DNA from: Nitrospirota bacterium
GTDB lineage: Bacteria > Nitrospirota > Thermodesulfovibrionia > UBA6902 > DSMQ01
Assembly (NCBI GenBank): GCA_016212185.1
Contig: JACRGX010000061.1
Coordinates: 4,333-68,332, forward strand
Length of the DNA: 64,000 nucleotides
Direction: 5' to 3'
In this document: one piece after another, positions 17,901-27,771 of the stretch
How the letters are laid out: every line of letters starts with the position of its first letter
Position numbering within the stretch: the stretch's first letter is position 1
Program-made: the position numbers and the translations under genes
Notes under the pieces: model-generated
The model's database searches: none
Seen by the model: only the letters and a program-made list of their open reading frames with translations
What the model was told of the DNA's origin: nothing

Positions 17901-18119
17901 ATGCAGACTGTGCGGCTTAGCTCAAAGAACCAAATAGTTATTCCCAAAGAGGCGCGTGAGGCAATGAAGCTTAAAGGACAGGATGAGCTTCTTGTTATTG
18001 TGAAAGGTGATGTTACTATAATTATGCCTAAGCCTAAAAGTTATAGAAAAGACCTCTCAGGCGCAGGCAAAGGGATATACGCAAAGGCATATCTTCACAA
18101 GGAACGGAAGTCTTGGTAA
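17901..18119 (+). CDS. AbrB/MazE/SpoVT-family DNA-binding protein (antitoxin-like), apparently orphan
   Basis: 72 aa. VRLSSKNQIVIPKEAREAMKLKGQDELLVIVKGDVTIIMPK is the swapped-hairpin AbrB-type domain. No toxin gene follows. Confidence 0.65.
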   Translation: MQTVRLSSKNQIVIPKEAREAMKLKGQDELLVIVKGDVTIIMPKPKSYRKDLSGAGKGIYAKAYLHKERKSW

Positions 18120-18165
18120 AACATTTTTACTTTACTTGTTCATACTAATTACTATCCACTGTTTA

Positions 18166-19377
18166 CTATTCACTGCCTTTATAACACCTATTGCATCTGA
18201 TGCACTCTGATATGTGCGGAGACGGTTTATTTCCCATCGGGCAGTCATGCCTGCTCGGGTAGCCGTCAGCCTTTCTTGAAAATAGCCCTGTAAATGCCGC
18301 AACAGGGCACAGATACCTGCACCAGAAGCGCTCTACTTTCAGATTTGCAATAAGCGACACGGCAACCAGCGTCCATGTAAAAACATTTCCGCTGAATGAA
18401 AACAGGGTTACATATGTTTCATAATTTCCGTAATCAATTCTTTTGCTGATAAAAACAATAGCTATAATCACCCCAAGCAGGACATATTTTAATCTGCGCC
18501 ATTTATCATCAGTTTCTTTCGGGACCTCCCATTTTTTAAACGGAAGCCTGCCTGCAAATTCGCACAATGCGCCAAACGGGCACAGCCATCCGCAGTAGAA
18601 TCTTCCCGCAATAATTATTGACAGTATTGTGCTTCCGGCTGTTACATACCAGATGATTGCAGAAGAGTGTCTGAGAAGCAGGAGGTTAAAAACATGCAGA
18701 ATTGAAAAAGGACTTGAAAGATATAAACCAATAATGATTATTCCTGCAAGCAAAGTGATGTCGCGCGACTTTAAAAATTTCTTTGAGCGCCTTGCCGCAA
18801 AATAGAAAGTCAGCGACGCTAAAAACAATAACAAATACCATATCCAGTTAATGTCTGTCGTCATGACCGCTTCTTCTGCGCCGGCAGTTAATCCGTAGAC
18901 GTTTAATGCGATTATTCTTGAGGAGTTTTTTATGGACTTTGCCAGCGCTGTAACGCTTACAGTGGCCCTGCTTATGCCGTCAATGTCTTTGTCAATTTCA
19001 AACGGGTCGCTGATGCTTTTGCCTATGAACCGGTTAAGATATTGCGGGCTTTCCATGTAATGAACGTAATTTTTTGTCTCGCTGTGTCCGATAATTTTTA
19101 TCCCTGTAATTTTCCCTTCCCTATTTAATGAAATTAGAGTTTTTATCGGGCCTGCATATCCTCTGATAGAGGGCATAATGTCATAAGTATTAAATGCTGC
19201 AATGCCTTCATCTGAAAAATAATGAGGGGGAGCGCCGCCTTTTTCGGCAAATGTGATGTCAGGCGCAATATCTTTGAGAAATTTCCTTTCATCAATGAAT
19301 TCCTCAGGATGCAGGAGGTATCCTAAAATGAGTGAGACGATTGCTGTGAGAAGCAGAATTATTCTAATTTTTTTCAT
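18166..19377 (-). CDS. membrane protein with periplasmic FMN-binding domain and NapH/NosR-like CX3CP motifs
   Basis: 403 aa. An N-terminal TM anchor is followed by an FMN_bind-like region (DGISRATVSVTALAKSI) and multiple TM helices with CGWLCPFG and CRYLCPV motifs. Confidence 0.55.
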   Translation of the reverse strand: MKKIRIILLLTAIVSLILGYLLHPEEFIDERKFLKDIAPDITFAEKGGAPPHYFSDEGIAAFNTYDIMPSIRGYAGPIKTLISLNREGKITGIKIIGHSETKNYVHYMESPQYLNRFIGKSISDPFEIDKDIDGISRATVSVTALAKSIKNSSRIIALNVYGLTAGAEEAVMTTDINWIWYLLLFLASLTFYFAARRSKKFLKSRDITLLAGIIIIGLYLSSPFSILHVFNLLLLRHSSAIIWYVTAGSTILSIIIAGRFYCGWLCPFGALCEFAGRLPFKKWEVPKETDDKWRRLKYVLLGVIIAIVFISKRIDYGNYETYVTLFSFSGNVFTWTLVAVSLIANLKVERFWCRYLCPVAAFTGLFSRKADGYPSRHDCPMGNKPSPHISECIRCNRCYKGSE

Positions 19378-19448
19378 GTTTGACTCTTTATGTTTTATAC
19401 AACGGCATACATGTCCTTAAAACTTTAAGAATACAACAATGATTATTA

Positions 19449-19553
19449 TCTGTCATGCTGCAAAAATTTTTAAGTATTTGCCCTGAGCTATGTGTAAAAA
19501 GGCAGCATGACACTAATGTGTTGCCTTAAAGTTTTGCAGACATATATACCGTT
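19449..19553. repeat. family-2 structured repeat, short deletion derivative (copy 2)
   Basis: tgtcatgctgcaaaaattttt...ggcagcatgacactaatgtgttgcc shares the first hairpin module with 11644..11985 and 29254..29573. Confidence 0.6.
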
Positions 19554-19588
19554 GTTGTCCATTCTGAACCTTGTATTTAAACACAATA

Positions 19589-21694
19589 CTAAATCCCCTC
19601 TTTAATGGAAAAGAGCAATGCCAGCGATGATAGTTTTAATAATGCCACAAACAGGAGTGTATTTTGAATCCCCAGCAAGGGCACAAAAAATATTGCCGTA
19701 AGAAATGCTCCTAAGAATGACCCTGCAAGGTCCAGGGCATAAAGTTTTCCGGCAATATTTGATAATCCCCCAATCTCCCCTAAAAATTTATTTGCCGCCA
19801 CAAATTCCGCGCCTGCAATCAGCCCGCCTGAAAAACTGAGCAGATAGAAAACAAATTCGTCTTTAAAAAAAAGCGGAGAAGTGATTAACAGCAAAATAGT
19901 CAAAACTTCGCATGTCTTCAGCCTGAATAAAGATTTTTTCATATGTTTTGTAATATATGCGCCTGCCGCAATTCCTGCCATAAAAGTCGCTGTGAGTATG
20001 CCTATCATTTCATATATGTATCCGAATGCCGACTGATAAGTCAGGATTATCACTATTGAAAAAGCCATAGCCGAGTATCCCGTAGTAAAAATGGAGTAGT
20101 GCGCTGACTGAACTTTTTTACGCAAAACAAATACAGCAGTGATGAGCATGATGATTGCCGCCGCTATAAGCCATTTTTCGTATTCAGGCACGGACATGAG
20201 CATATCAATCTTCTGCGCCTCTGCCCACAGCATCAGGTTATAAAGATAAGCGGCGGGACGCAGATCATTATTTACAGCCTTCGTCTTTCCGAGCCGTTCT
20301 TCCAGCGCCCTGACCTTTAACGGAGAGAAGGCATCTTTTATGATGTAAGGATGAAAATATTTTGTGCCGATTATTTTTTTGGAGAACCTGCTTTCAAGCA
20401 TTTCCGGTCTCGTGTCCATAAAACTATCCGAGGCAAGCATGATACCGTATTCTTCAGAAGATACACTGACATTTTTAAAGACGCTTTTTAATGAATTAAA
20501 AACAGAGCCGTTTGCAATCTGCATCCTTTTCCCGACATAGCCCGATGATGTGGGAAGAGACAGGGAAAGCATACCGCCCTGTCGCAGGACCTTGTGAGCT
20601 TCTTTGAAAAACTCAACAGTATAAAACCTGTTAATACCGGCAGTGGAGGGTTCAGGCAGGTTGAGAACAACAAGGTCGTACCGGGTATTTTGAAGAGTCT
20701 TAATAAATTTTCTTGCGTCTGCTGTTATTATCCGGAGCCTTTTATCATTCAGTATATTTCTGTCCTCCGGACTGAGTATTCCAAAAGAAACATTTATCAT
20801 CTCAGGGTCTATCTCAATGAAGTCAATCCTTGAAGCGCTGTATTTTAAAAATTCCCTTAATACTGAGGGAGAGCCGCCGATTACAATTACATCCTGAATA
20901 TTTTGTGAAGGATGAGCTGACACCGTCAGGTGAGCTTTTATCTCTTCTGTCTGAGGGTCGGGGTATGAAAACTGAAATTTGCCTAAAGAATAGACATTAA
21001 ACTGCTCTCTGATTTTTAAGACCGCAATCTCTCCGTATCGCGATTCCACTTTTTTAATGAGTTGGAGGCCTTTTAATTGGCTCAGCAGCGACAGATCTAT
21101 TCTATTGATTCCGGCATACAGGGCAAGCGGGATTAACAGCAGTGCGATTAAAAAGCGTTTTTTTATGAGCAGCAGCGCGATTATACAGTTCAGGATGCTT
21201 ATTGACAGGGAAAGCGTTAATGCATTTACTCTGCCTGACAGCAGTAATACAAATAATATCCCTCCTGTAAATGCTCCTGCTGCCTCAATGCCGTATACCT
21301 TTGCTGTTTTCCCCTGAGTGTGGGAAACCGCAAGCGGAAACTGCATGCCGACAGCCATGCAGAGAGGGAGGAGCGTTATGACTGTGGCAATCAAGGTGAT
21401 GCCGAGGGGTATTGTTTCTCCGAATCCTATTGAGAAACAAGGTCGGATTAAACTTATAAACAGAACTGTTAACTGCACAAAAAGTGCAACTGCAAAAAAT
21501 GAAAGGGCAAAACCCTGTATGGATTTAAGCCTGCGGCCCGCATAGCTTCCTATGCCTGTAATAATTAACCATACGGACAGCGTTATCCCGATATCAAGTT
21601 CATTGCCGGAGAACACAGAAAGTAGCTGTCTCAGTGCAGTTATCTGCATGAGTATTGAGGTTAAGCCTATTGTGAAAATGGCAACGGCCTGCAT
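19589..21694 (-). CDS. polytopic membrane protein fused to a spermidine/spermine synthase-like domain
   Basis: 701 aa. There are about 7 N-terminal and about 5 C-terminal TM helices. The central domain has the aminopropyltransferase signature VIVIGGSPSVLREFLKY...IDFIEIDPEMI...DLVVLNLPEPSTAGINRFYTVEFF. Confidence 0.7.
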   Translation of the reverse strand: MQAVAIFTIGLTSILMQITALRQLLSVFSGNELDIGITLSVWLIITGIGSYAGRRLKSIQGFALSFFAVALFVQLTVLFISLIRPCFSIGFGETIPLGITLIATVITLLPLCMAVGMQFPLAVSHTQGKTAKVYGIEAAGAFTGGILFVLLLSGRVNALTLSLSISILNCIIALLLIKKRFLIALLLIPLALYAGINRIDLSLLSQLKGLQLIKKVESRYGEIAVLKIREQFNVYSLGKFQFSYPDPQTEEIKAHLTVSAHPSQNIQDVIVIGGSPSVLREFLKYSASRIDFIEIDPEMINVSFGILSPEDRNILNDKRLRIITADARKFIKTLQNTRYDLVVLNLPEPSTAGINRFYTVEFFKEAHKVLRQGGMLSLSLPTSSGYVGKRMQIANGSVFNSLKSVFKNVSVSSEEYGIMLASDSFMDTRPEMLESRFSKKIIGTKYFHPYIIKDAFSPLKVRALEERLGKTKAVNNDLRPAAYLYNLMLWAEAQKIDMLMSVPEYEKWLIAAAIIMLITAVFVLRKKVQSAHYSIFTTGYSAMAFSIVIILTYQSAFGYIYEMIGILTATFMAGIAAGAYITKHMKKSLFRLKTCEVLTILLLITSPLFFKDEFVFYLLSFSGGLIAGAEFVAANKFLGEIGGLSNIAGKLYALDLAGSFLGAFLTAIFFVPLLGIQNTLLFVALLKLSSLALLFSIKEGI

Positions 21695-21795
21695 TTTTAA
21701 ACAGCCTCCCCTTTGTCAATTATAATTCGCCATCAGAAAAATGGGAATAGCTGTTTTGGCAGAAGATTTTGTAGATGCCTGTACCTGGTGTCTAT

Positions 21796-21957
21796 CCAGC
21801 AGGGACGAATACCTTCATAATTTCAGGAAAACAGTAAAGATTCTTTAATATCATGCTGCAAATTTTGTGGTTTTTTCTCAGGACTACTGAATAGAAGGCA
21901 GCATGACTCTGATGTACTGCCCTGAAATTTCTCAGGCATTATTCCTGCTGACTAATG
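21796..21957. repeat. family-2 structured repeat, 5' half (copy 3)
   Basis: cagggacgaataccttcataatttcaggaaaacagtaaaga...gcagcatgactctgatgtactgccctgaaatttctcagg is about 90% identical to the first 160 bp of copies 1 and 4. Confidence 0.7.
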
Positions 21958-22097
21958 CATTGGGATAACAGTTGGTTGAGAAGGTATCTGTACCGGCTAT
22001 TTGTGGAGAGGGGGGTAGTTTGAGAGCCGGATTTATATTGCTTCAATCCGGCCCGTAAAGCTTATGTCATATTGACAGTTTTACGTGACGCCATGGT

Positions 22098-22436
22098 TCA
22101 GCATTCTGCTACCGGCTTCACGTGCTTCATGTAATTAACTACCCCTTCAGGGTCGCATGTTATACACATGTCAATACCCTGGATAATCTGCATGTCCTGG
22201 CATAGGATATATGCTTTTTTTAATTCAGTATCAGTGAGGTTTTTTATCACAAACGATTTGGGTCTCAGGTAGACCTTACCGCAATTCATGCAAATCCAGA
22301 TAAAATTATACTTTGCGGCCTCAAGGCAGTTTTCGCATACATAAATCTTAACGCCGGGTGTAGCTTCAATATGGGTAGAGGTATATTCGTGCCTGCATAT
22401 ATTGCACCGTTCTAATTTATTGTTAATCTCAAGCAT
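22098..22436 (-). CDS. hypothetical Cys-rich protein (two zinc-ribbon-like CxxC pairs)
   Basis: 112 aa. CNICR...CENC and CMNCGK...CITCD. Confidence 0.4.
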   Translation of the reverse strand: MLEINNKLERCNICRHEYTSTHIEATPGVKIYVCENCLEAAKYNFIWICMNCGKVYLRPKSFVIKNLTDTELKKAYILCQDMQIIQGIDMCITCDPEGVVNYMKHVKPVAEC

Positions 22437-22789
22437 CTTAATCCTCCTTTTCCCTTTGGTTATTCTTTAGCTATCCACCTTTTTGCAGCTATCCACCTTT
22501 TTTGCCTTTTTTATACCCTACTTATCCATATGCAATTTATGTGCCATTTATAACCTTATTATATGACTTAATAAATTATACCCCGTAACACCTTAGTTTT
22601 AGAGGTAAAATTACCAAAAATCTGGAAAGTTATAAATATATTAGATTGTTTTTTGCCTTAGTTAGTGTGACAAAAAGCGACATGTTGCGTTATATTACAC
22701 TATATGTTGAGAAATTTTACACACTTTATTCTTTTCTGTTTAGACTGTTATTATTAACTTAAAGTGCGTTAAAATAGCCCGCAAACTTT

Positions 22790-24148
22790 ATGGATAAGAA
22801 ACTAAAAATATTTTTCTCAGGAATCGCCGGCAGCGGTGTATCAGCAATAGCCGGTTTTATGGCTAAAAAGGGTAATATCATCGCAGGCTCAGACAGGGCG
22901 TTTGACCTGCATCCGGAGCACCCGCTTAAAAGCATATTTCTCTCCATGGGCATTGATATTGTGCCTCAGGACGGCAGCGGCATAGATAACACGTTTGATT
23001 TTGCAGTTTTCAGCACTGCTGTAGAATCTGACCGCCCGGATGCCATAAGGGCAAAGGCAAGCGGGATACCCGTAAAAATGCGCCCTGAGTATCTTGCAGA
23101 AATAACTGAGTCCTTCAATACAATTGCCGTCTCAGGAACGAGCGGAAAATCTACTGCCTCCGGACTGCTTGCATTTTTGATGAGCAGGCTCGGCATGGAG
23201 CCCAATTTTGCCGGCGGCGGCAGGGTCAAACAATTCAAGTCATTTTCAAACCCGGGGAATTTCCTTGCAGGTAATTCCGAGTATCTTGTTATTGAGGCCT
23301 GTGAATCAGATGGGACTATTATAAATTACAAGCCCCATCATTCAATTATTTTAAACATTGGCCTGGACCATCACCCGGTTATAAAGACCTCAGAGATGTT
23401 TGAGACGCTCATGAAAAACACGCTGGAAAAGATTGTGGTGAATGCAGATGATGGAAATCTGATGAGGATAACGGACAAGAATACAGTCACTTTTTCTATT
23501 GACAACCCTTCACATTACAGGACAGAGGCGGTTACATTTAAGCCGTTCAGTACGGATTTTTTGCTTAACGGCAGGGAGTTTAGGCTATCGCTTCCAGGCA
23601 AATATAATCTCTATAATGCCCTTTCGTGTATTGCAGTGCTTTCAGAGTTAGGAATTTCATTGGATGCAGTTGCAAGGCTTTTGCCTGAGTTTCAGGGGAT
23701 TGACAGGCGGTTTGATGTGAAACTCAATAACGGAGATAGGCTTGTAATTGATGACTATGCCCACAATCCGCATAAGATAGCGTCTCTTATGGACACAGTT
23801 AAGCAATTGAGTGAAAGTATCTGTTATATTTTTCAGCCTCACGGGTTTGCGCCAACGAGGATGATGAAAAAAGAATATATAGATGTTTTTGCAAAGAATC
23901 TCCGCGGCTCCGACCGCCTCATTCTTCTTCCTATCTATTATGCCGGAGGCACTGCAAGTAAAGACATATCAAGCCAGGACCTTGCAGACGGCATAAGGAG
24001 ACAGGGCAGGTCTGCGGAAGTTGCTGAAGACAGGAGGGATGTTTTAAAGGGACTTCAGCAATACCGTACATACGTTGTTTTCGGAGCGCGCGATGAGAGC
24101 CTGTCGGATTTTGCCGGCGAGATAGCGCATATAATATCTTCCTCTTGA
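22790..24148 (+). CDS. Mur ligase family protein, MurC/Mpl-like
   Basis: 452 aa. The MurC-type N-terminus IFFSGIAGSGVSAIAGFMAKKGNIIAGSD and the ATP-binding site IAVSGTSGKSTASGLLAF are present. The size and cell-wall-recycling neighbours (ampG) make a murein peptide ligase (Mpl) plausible, but this is not proven. Confidence 0.65.
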   Translation: MDKKLKIFFSGIAGSGVSAIAGFMAKKGNIIAGSDRAFDLHPEHPLKSIFLSMGIDIVPQDGSGIDNTFDFAVFSTAVESDRPDAIRAKASGIPVKMRPEYLAEITESFNTIAVSGTSGKSTASGLLAFLMSRLGMEPNFAGGGRVKQFKSFSNPGNFLAGNSEYLVIEACESDGTIINYKPHHSIILNIGLDHHPVIKTSEMFETLMKNTLEKIVVNADDGNLMRITDKNTVTFSIDNPSHYRTEAVTFKPFSTDFLLNGREFRLSLPGKYNLYNALSCIAVLSELGISLDAVARLLPEFQGIDRRFDVKLNNGDRLVIDDYAHNPHKIASLMDTVKQLSESICYIFQPHGFAPTRMMKKEYIDVFAKNLRGSDRLILLPIYYAGGTASKDISSQDLADGIRRQGRSAEVAEDRRDVLKGLQQYRTYVVFGARDESLSDFAGEIAHIISSS

Positions 24149-24216
24149 AATTAATCACAAAAGACACTTAATATTAAAGACCGACAACACAGAAATAGTT
24201 TATGGAGGTTTAAAAA

Positions 24217-24870
24217 ATGGGAATTATTCTTAATGACATTGAGCTTCGTATCCTCGGAAGCCTTATTGAAAAGGAGAGAACTACTCCTGATTATTATCCT
24301 ATGACATTGAATGCGTTGATTAATGCCTGCAACCAAAAATCCAACCGGGACCCTATTGTTTCATTTGATGAGTCCACTGTGGCGCGGGTATTGGATGAAC
24401 TGCAGAAAAAAAGACTGGCTGAAAAAATTTACAAGGCTGACAGCCGTGTTCCAAAATATGAGCATAATTTCAAAAAAGTTTTTGACGTGTCCGACTCCGA
24501 ACTCGCCGTTATGTGCGAATTGCTGCTGCGCGGCGCTCAAACCATCGGGGAGATAAGGAACCGCGCCGAACGGATGCATAAATTTGAAGGGATACAGGAG
24601 GTTGATACAATTCTCAATGGGCTGATGGGGCGGCAGGAGCCTCTGGTGCTTAAACTACCCCGCCAGACCGGACACAAAGAATGCCGGTTTATGCACCTGC
24701 TTTCCGGCAAGCCTGTTATCCATGAAACTGGGCCGGGCATCTTATGCGAGACGCCGGCGCCTGATGAAAATGAAAGAATAACAAAACTTGAAAATGATTT
24801 ATCCCTGCTTCGCAGGGAAATGGATGAACTTAGACAGGATTTTATCAGCCTGAAATCACAACTGGAATAA
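24217..24870 (+). CDS. DUF480 (YceH/UPF0502) family protein
   Basis: 217 aa. It is collinear with the YceH pattern LEKERTTPDYYPMTLNALINACNQKSNRDP...LLLRGAQTIGEIRNRAERMHKF...KECRFMHLLSG. Confidence 0.75.
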   Translation: MGIILNDIELRILGSLIEKERTTPDYYPMTLNALINACNQKSNRDPIVSFDESTVARVLDELQKKRLAEKIYKADSRVPKYEHNFKKVFDVSDSELAVMCELLLRGAQTIGEIRNRAERMHKFEGIQEVDTILNGLMGRQEPLVLKLPRQTGHKECRFMHLLSGKPVIHETGPGILCETPAPDENERITKLENDLSLLRREMDELRQDFISLKSQLE

Positions 24871-24876
24871 GCTTGG

Positions 24877-25827
24877 ATGGAAATGAACAGAACATTTTTT
24901 TATTCAGAGCCTGTTGATTCGGTTTTAGAACTCATTGGAAATACGCCTATGGTCAGAATCAACGAACTTGTCAGCAGTGATTCGGCGGAGATTTATGCAA
25001 AGCTGGAATTTTTCAATCCCTGTAAATCCATTAAGGACAGAATATGCTGTTCAATGGTTGAATCCGCAGAGCATCAGGGTAAAATCAGACCCGGAGACAC
25101 TCTTGTGGAGCCTACATCAGGCAATACCGGTATCGGCATGGCGTTTGTCTGCGCCGCAAAAGGGTACAAACTTGTTCTTACGATGCCTGAGACAATGAGC
25201 ATTGAAAGGAAGACCATGTTAAAGGCATTCGGCGCTGAATTAATACTTACCGAAGGCGGCAGGGATATGGCAGGGGCGGTTGAAAAGGCAGGGGAGTTGT
25301 CAAACGGGAAAGGGTATTTTCAGCCGCATCAGTTTATCAATCCTTTAAACCCTGAGACACATAGAAAAACCACGGCGCTTGAAATTTTGGAACAGATGTC
25401 GGGCATTGATGCCTTTGTGGCAGGCGTTGGCACAGGAGGAACAATAACCGGAGTAGGTGAAGTCCTCAGAAAAGAGTTTGGAAAGAGTGTAAGGATTATT
25501 GCTGTTGAGCCGGCAAAGAGTCCTGTTATTTCAGGCGGCAAACCCGGCTTGCATGAAATTCAGGGAATCGGGGCCGGATTTATTCCCGAGGTTTTAAACA
25601 AGGATATTATTGACGAGATTATTCAGGTTTCTGATGAAGATGCATATGAGGCAACAAGGAACCTGATACGCAGGGAAGGCATCCTCTGCGGCATTTCATC
25701 AGGCGCTAATTTTTTTGCGGCATTGAAAATCTCAGAGAGGCTCGGCAGGGGGAAAAAGGTTGTGACTGTTTTCCCCGATACGGGAGAAAGGTATCTGAGC
25801 ACAAGGCTTTTTGAGAGCGGTTTATAA
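24877..25827 (+). CDS. cysK: cysteine synthase A (O-acetylserine sulfhydrylase)
   Basis: 316 aa. PLP-lysine region LIGNTPMVRINEL...KLEFFNPCKSIKDRI and glycine loop TSGNTGIGMAFVCAAKGY. Confidence 0.85.
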   Translation: MEMNRTFFYSEPVDSVLELIGNTPMVRINELVSSDSAEIYAKLEFFNPCKSIKDRICCSMVESAEHQGKIRPGDTLVEPTSGNTGIGMAFVCAAKGYKLVLTMPETMSIERKTMLKAFGAELILTEGGRDMAGAVEKAGELSNGKGYFQPHQFINPLNPETHRKTTALEILEQMSGIDAFVAGVGTGGTITGVGEVLRKEFGKSVRIIAVEPAKSPVISGGKPGLHEIQGIGAGFIPEVLNKDIIDEIIQVSDEDAYEATRNLIRREGILCGISSGANFFAALKISERLGRGKKVVTVFPDTGERYLSTRLFESGL

Positions 25828-25904
25828 AATGTCATATGGTCAGGGTATAATATTTTCGCTCATTCTCGTAATCTGATATTTAACTCTTTAGTTCTCAGTG
25901 TCTC

Positions 25905-26020
25905 TACTAAACCCTCCCCCTTGACGGGGGAGGGTAAGGGTGGGGGTGATAAGATGTTATTTTCACCCTCCCCTACATCCCCTCCCGTCAAGGGAGGGGA
26001 GATTTCGGGATGCCCCGCGG
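25905..26020. mobile_element. MITE-like GC-rich palindromic element, truncated copy B
   Basis: ccctcccccttgacgggggagggtaagggtgggggtgataagatgttattttcaccctcccctacatcccctcccgtcaagggagggga matches the core of copies A and C. It lies between cysK and the cysM-like gene. Confidence 0.75.
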
Positions 26021-26051
26021 CTTGTTGCGGAGTGGTTTATTAAAATGTGAC

Positions 26052-26972
26052 ATGAAACAAAATAATATTATTAATACAGTCAGCCCTGACATCCTCGGCA
26101 CAATAGGCAGGACGCCGCTCATATGCCTGAATAGAATCACTGCTGGATTAAACAGGAATGTGAAAATTTACGCAAAACTTGAAAGTTACAATCCCGGCGG
26201 CTCTGTTAAAGACCGTGCGGCGTATCAGATGATAAAAGATGCGGAAGATGCCGGCAGCCTGACAAGAGACAAAATTATTATTGATTCAACTTCAGGCAAT
26301 ACGGGAATAGCATATGCCATGATTGCCGCGGTAAAGGGATACAGGGCGAGGATTATTCTCCCTAAAAATGCAAGTGTTGAGCGGAAAAAAATAATAATGG
26401 GATTTGGGGCGGAGATTGTCTATTCAAGTCCTTTTGAAGGCTCTGACGGCGCTATCAGGCTTGCGAGGGAGATTTACAATCAGGAGACTGACAGATATTA
26501 CATGCCTGACCAGTATAACAATCCCTCAAACTGGAAGGCGCATTACCTTACGACAGGCCCTGAAATTCTTGAGCAGACAAAGGGCAGGGTTACACATTTT
26601 ATTGCAGGACTTGGAACAACAGGGACCATTATGGGGACAGGAAAGGCATTGAAGGAATCTAATCCTGATATTCAGGTTATTGCAGTTGAACCTGACGATG
26701 CAATGCACGGAATAGAAGGGCTTAAATATATGAAAAACTCCATAGTGCCCGGAATTTATGATTCCGGTTTTCCTGATGAGACGATTTATGTAAATACGGA
26801 TGAGGCATATGATATAGTCAGGAAGATAATTACAATTGAGGGGCTGCCTGTCGGGCACTCCTCCGGCGCCGCTCTTGTCGGTGCGCTGCGCATTGCAAAA
26901 AAGATAGATAAGGGGATAATAGTTACCATATTCCCTGACGGCGGCGACAGATATTTGAGTCATGAGATATAA
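26052..26972 (+). CDS. cysteine synthase family protein, CysM-like
   Basis: PLP fold: IGRTPLICLN...KLESYNPGGSVKDRAAYQMI, STSGNTGIAYAMIAAVKGY. The track ORF start at 26010 runs into the MITE; the ATG at 26052 (MKQNN) is more likely. Confidence 0.75.
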   Translation: MKQNNIINTVSPDILGTIGRTPLICLNRITAGLNRNVKIYAKLESYNPGGSVKDRAAYQMIKDAEDAGSLTRDKIIIDSTSGNTGIAYAMIAAVKGYRARIILPKNASVERKKIIMGFGAEIVYSSPFEGSDGAIRLAREIYNQETDRYYMPDQYNNPSNWKAHYLTTGPEILEQTKGRVTHFIAGLGTTGTIMGTGKALKESNPDIQVIAVEPDDAMHGIEGLKYMKNSIVPGIYDSGFPDETIYVNTDEAYDIVRKIITIEGLPVGHSSGAALVGALRIAKKIDKGIIVTIFPDGGDRYLSHEI

Positions 26973-26985
26973 AATATTGTTCAAA

Positions 26986-27064
26986 CTGTTTAACATTGTT
27001 TAAAAGGGGTTAAAACGATTTTAAACGGCGTTGAACGGTTTAAACTGCTTGAACTATTTGAATT
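26986..27064. repeat. TTGTTCAA-family degenerate tandem block
   Basis: attgttcaaactgtttaacattgtttaaaagg...gttgaacggtttaaactgcttgaactatttgaa. Confidence 0.7.
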
Positions 27065-27505
27065 ATGTTAAACAAATCTATCATTGAACAAATTTTTAAC
27101 CATGCCATTGAGACATACCCTAACGAGTGCTGCGGAATTGTGACAGGAGACAGGGACAATCAGACAGTCCACCTTTGCGAAAATATCCAGAACAGGCTTC
27201 ATGCAGAAGACCCTGTGAGACATCCGAGGGATGCGCGCACCGCATATCTTATTGACAGAAAAGAGTTTGAACGAATTGTGTCCTCTGCAAAGGAACAGGG
27301 CAAAGAAGTTATTGCCTTTTATCATTCTCATCCTGAACATGAATCGTATTTTTCTGAAGACGATGCCGCTGCCCAGACTGTCTTTGGAGAGCCTGAATTC
27401 CCCGGCGCCCTGCATGTGGTAATCTCCGTGAAAAACAAAAAAATTCATGATATGAAGTGCTTTAAATGGGACGGACAGGGTTTTGCTGAAAAGGAACTCA
27501 ATTAA
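27065..27505 (+). CDS. JAMM/MPN+ metalloprotease, Mec+-like (CysO-cysteine peptidase family)
   Basis: 146 aa. JAMM motif E..CG...HSHPEHESYFSEDD, with an upstream ECCGIV. Confidence 0.7.
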   Translation: MLNKSIIEQIFNHAIETYPNECCGIVTGDRDNQTVHLCENIQNRLHAEDPVRHPRDARTAYLIDRKEFERIVSSAKEQGKEVIAFYHSHPEHESYFSEDDAAAQTVFGEPEFPGALHVVISVKNKKIHDMKCFKWDGQGFAEKELN

Positions 27506-27651
27506 CCGCAGAGAATACAAATAATGATAATTTTTAGCCACAGATTACACAGATTAACACAGATTTTTTAAAAAGTTTATTCTTTAATCTCTATTTTCTG
27601 CGAACCCTGCGGAAGAATTTATCTTTCTCAGTGAACTCTGTGGTAAGCCGC

Positions 27652-27693
27652 ATTAAAAAAAAGTGGATACTGCGGCTATCTGCCGCAGTATCC
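27652..27693 (-). terminator. rho-independent terminator for the minus-strand gene 27772..28410
   Basis: A perfect 12-bp palindrome GGATACTGCGGC-tatct-GCCGCAGTATCC is followed on the minus strand by an 8-nt T-run. Confidence 0.6.
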
Positions 27694-27771
27694 AAGAGGT
27701 AATGGGGGGTGTTGATATTATCTTATCGCTAAACGAGATAGATTCCTGTGATTCAGGTCACAAATTCGCCA

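Noticed and set aside
26973-27064. Search for a CysO/ThiS-like small ORF between the cysM-like and JAMM genes and in 27506..27771
   Set aside because: Only repeat sequence and ORFs of 35 codons or fewer, none with a GG terminus, are present on either strand. No carrier gene can be supported here.
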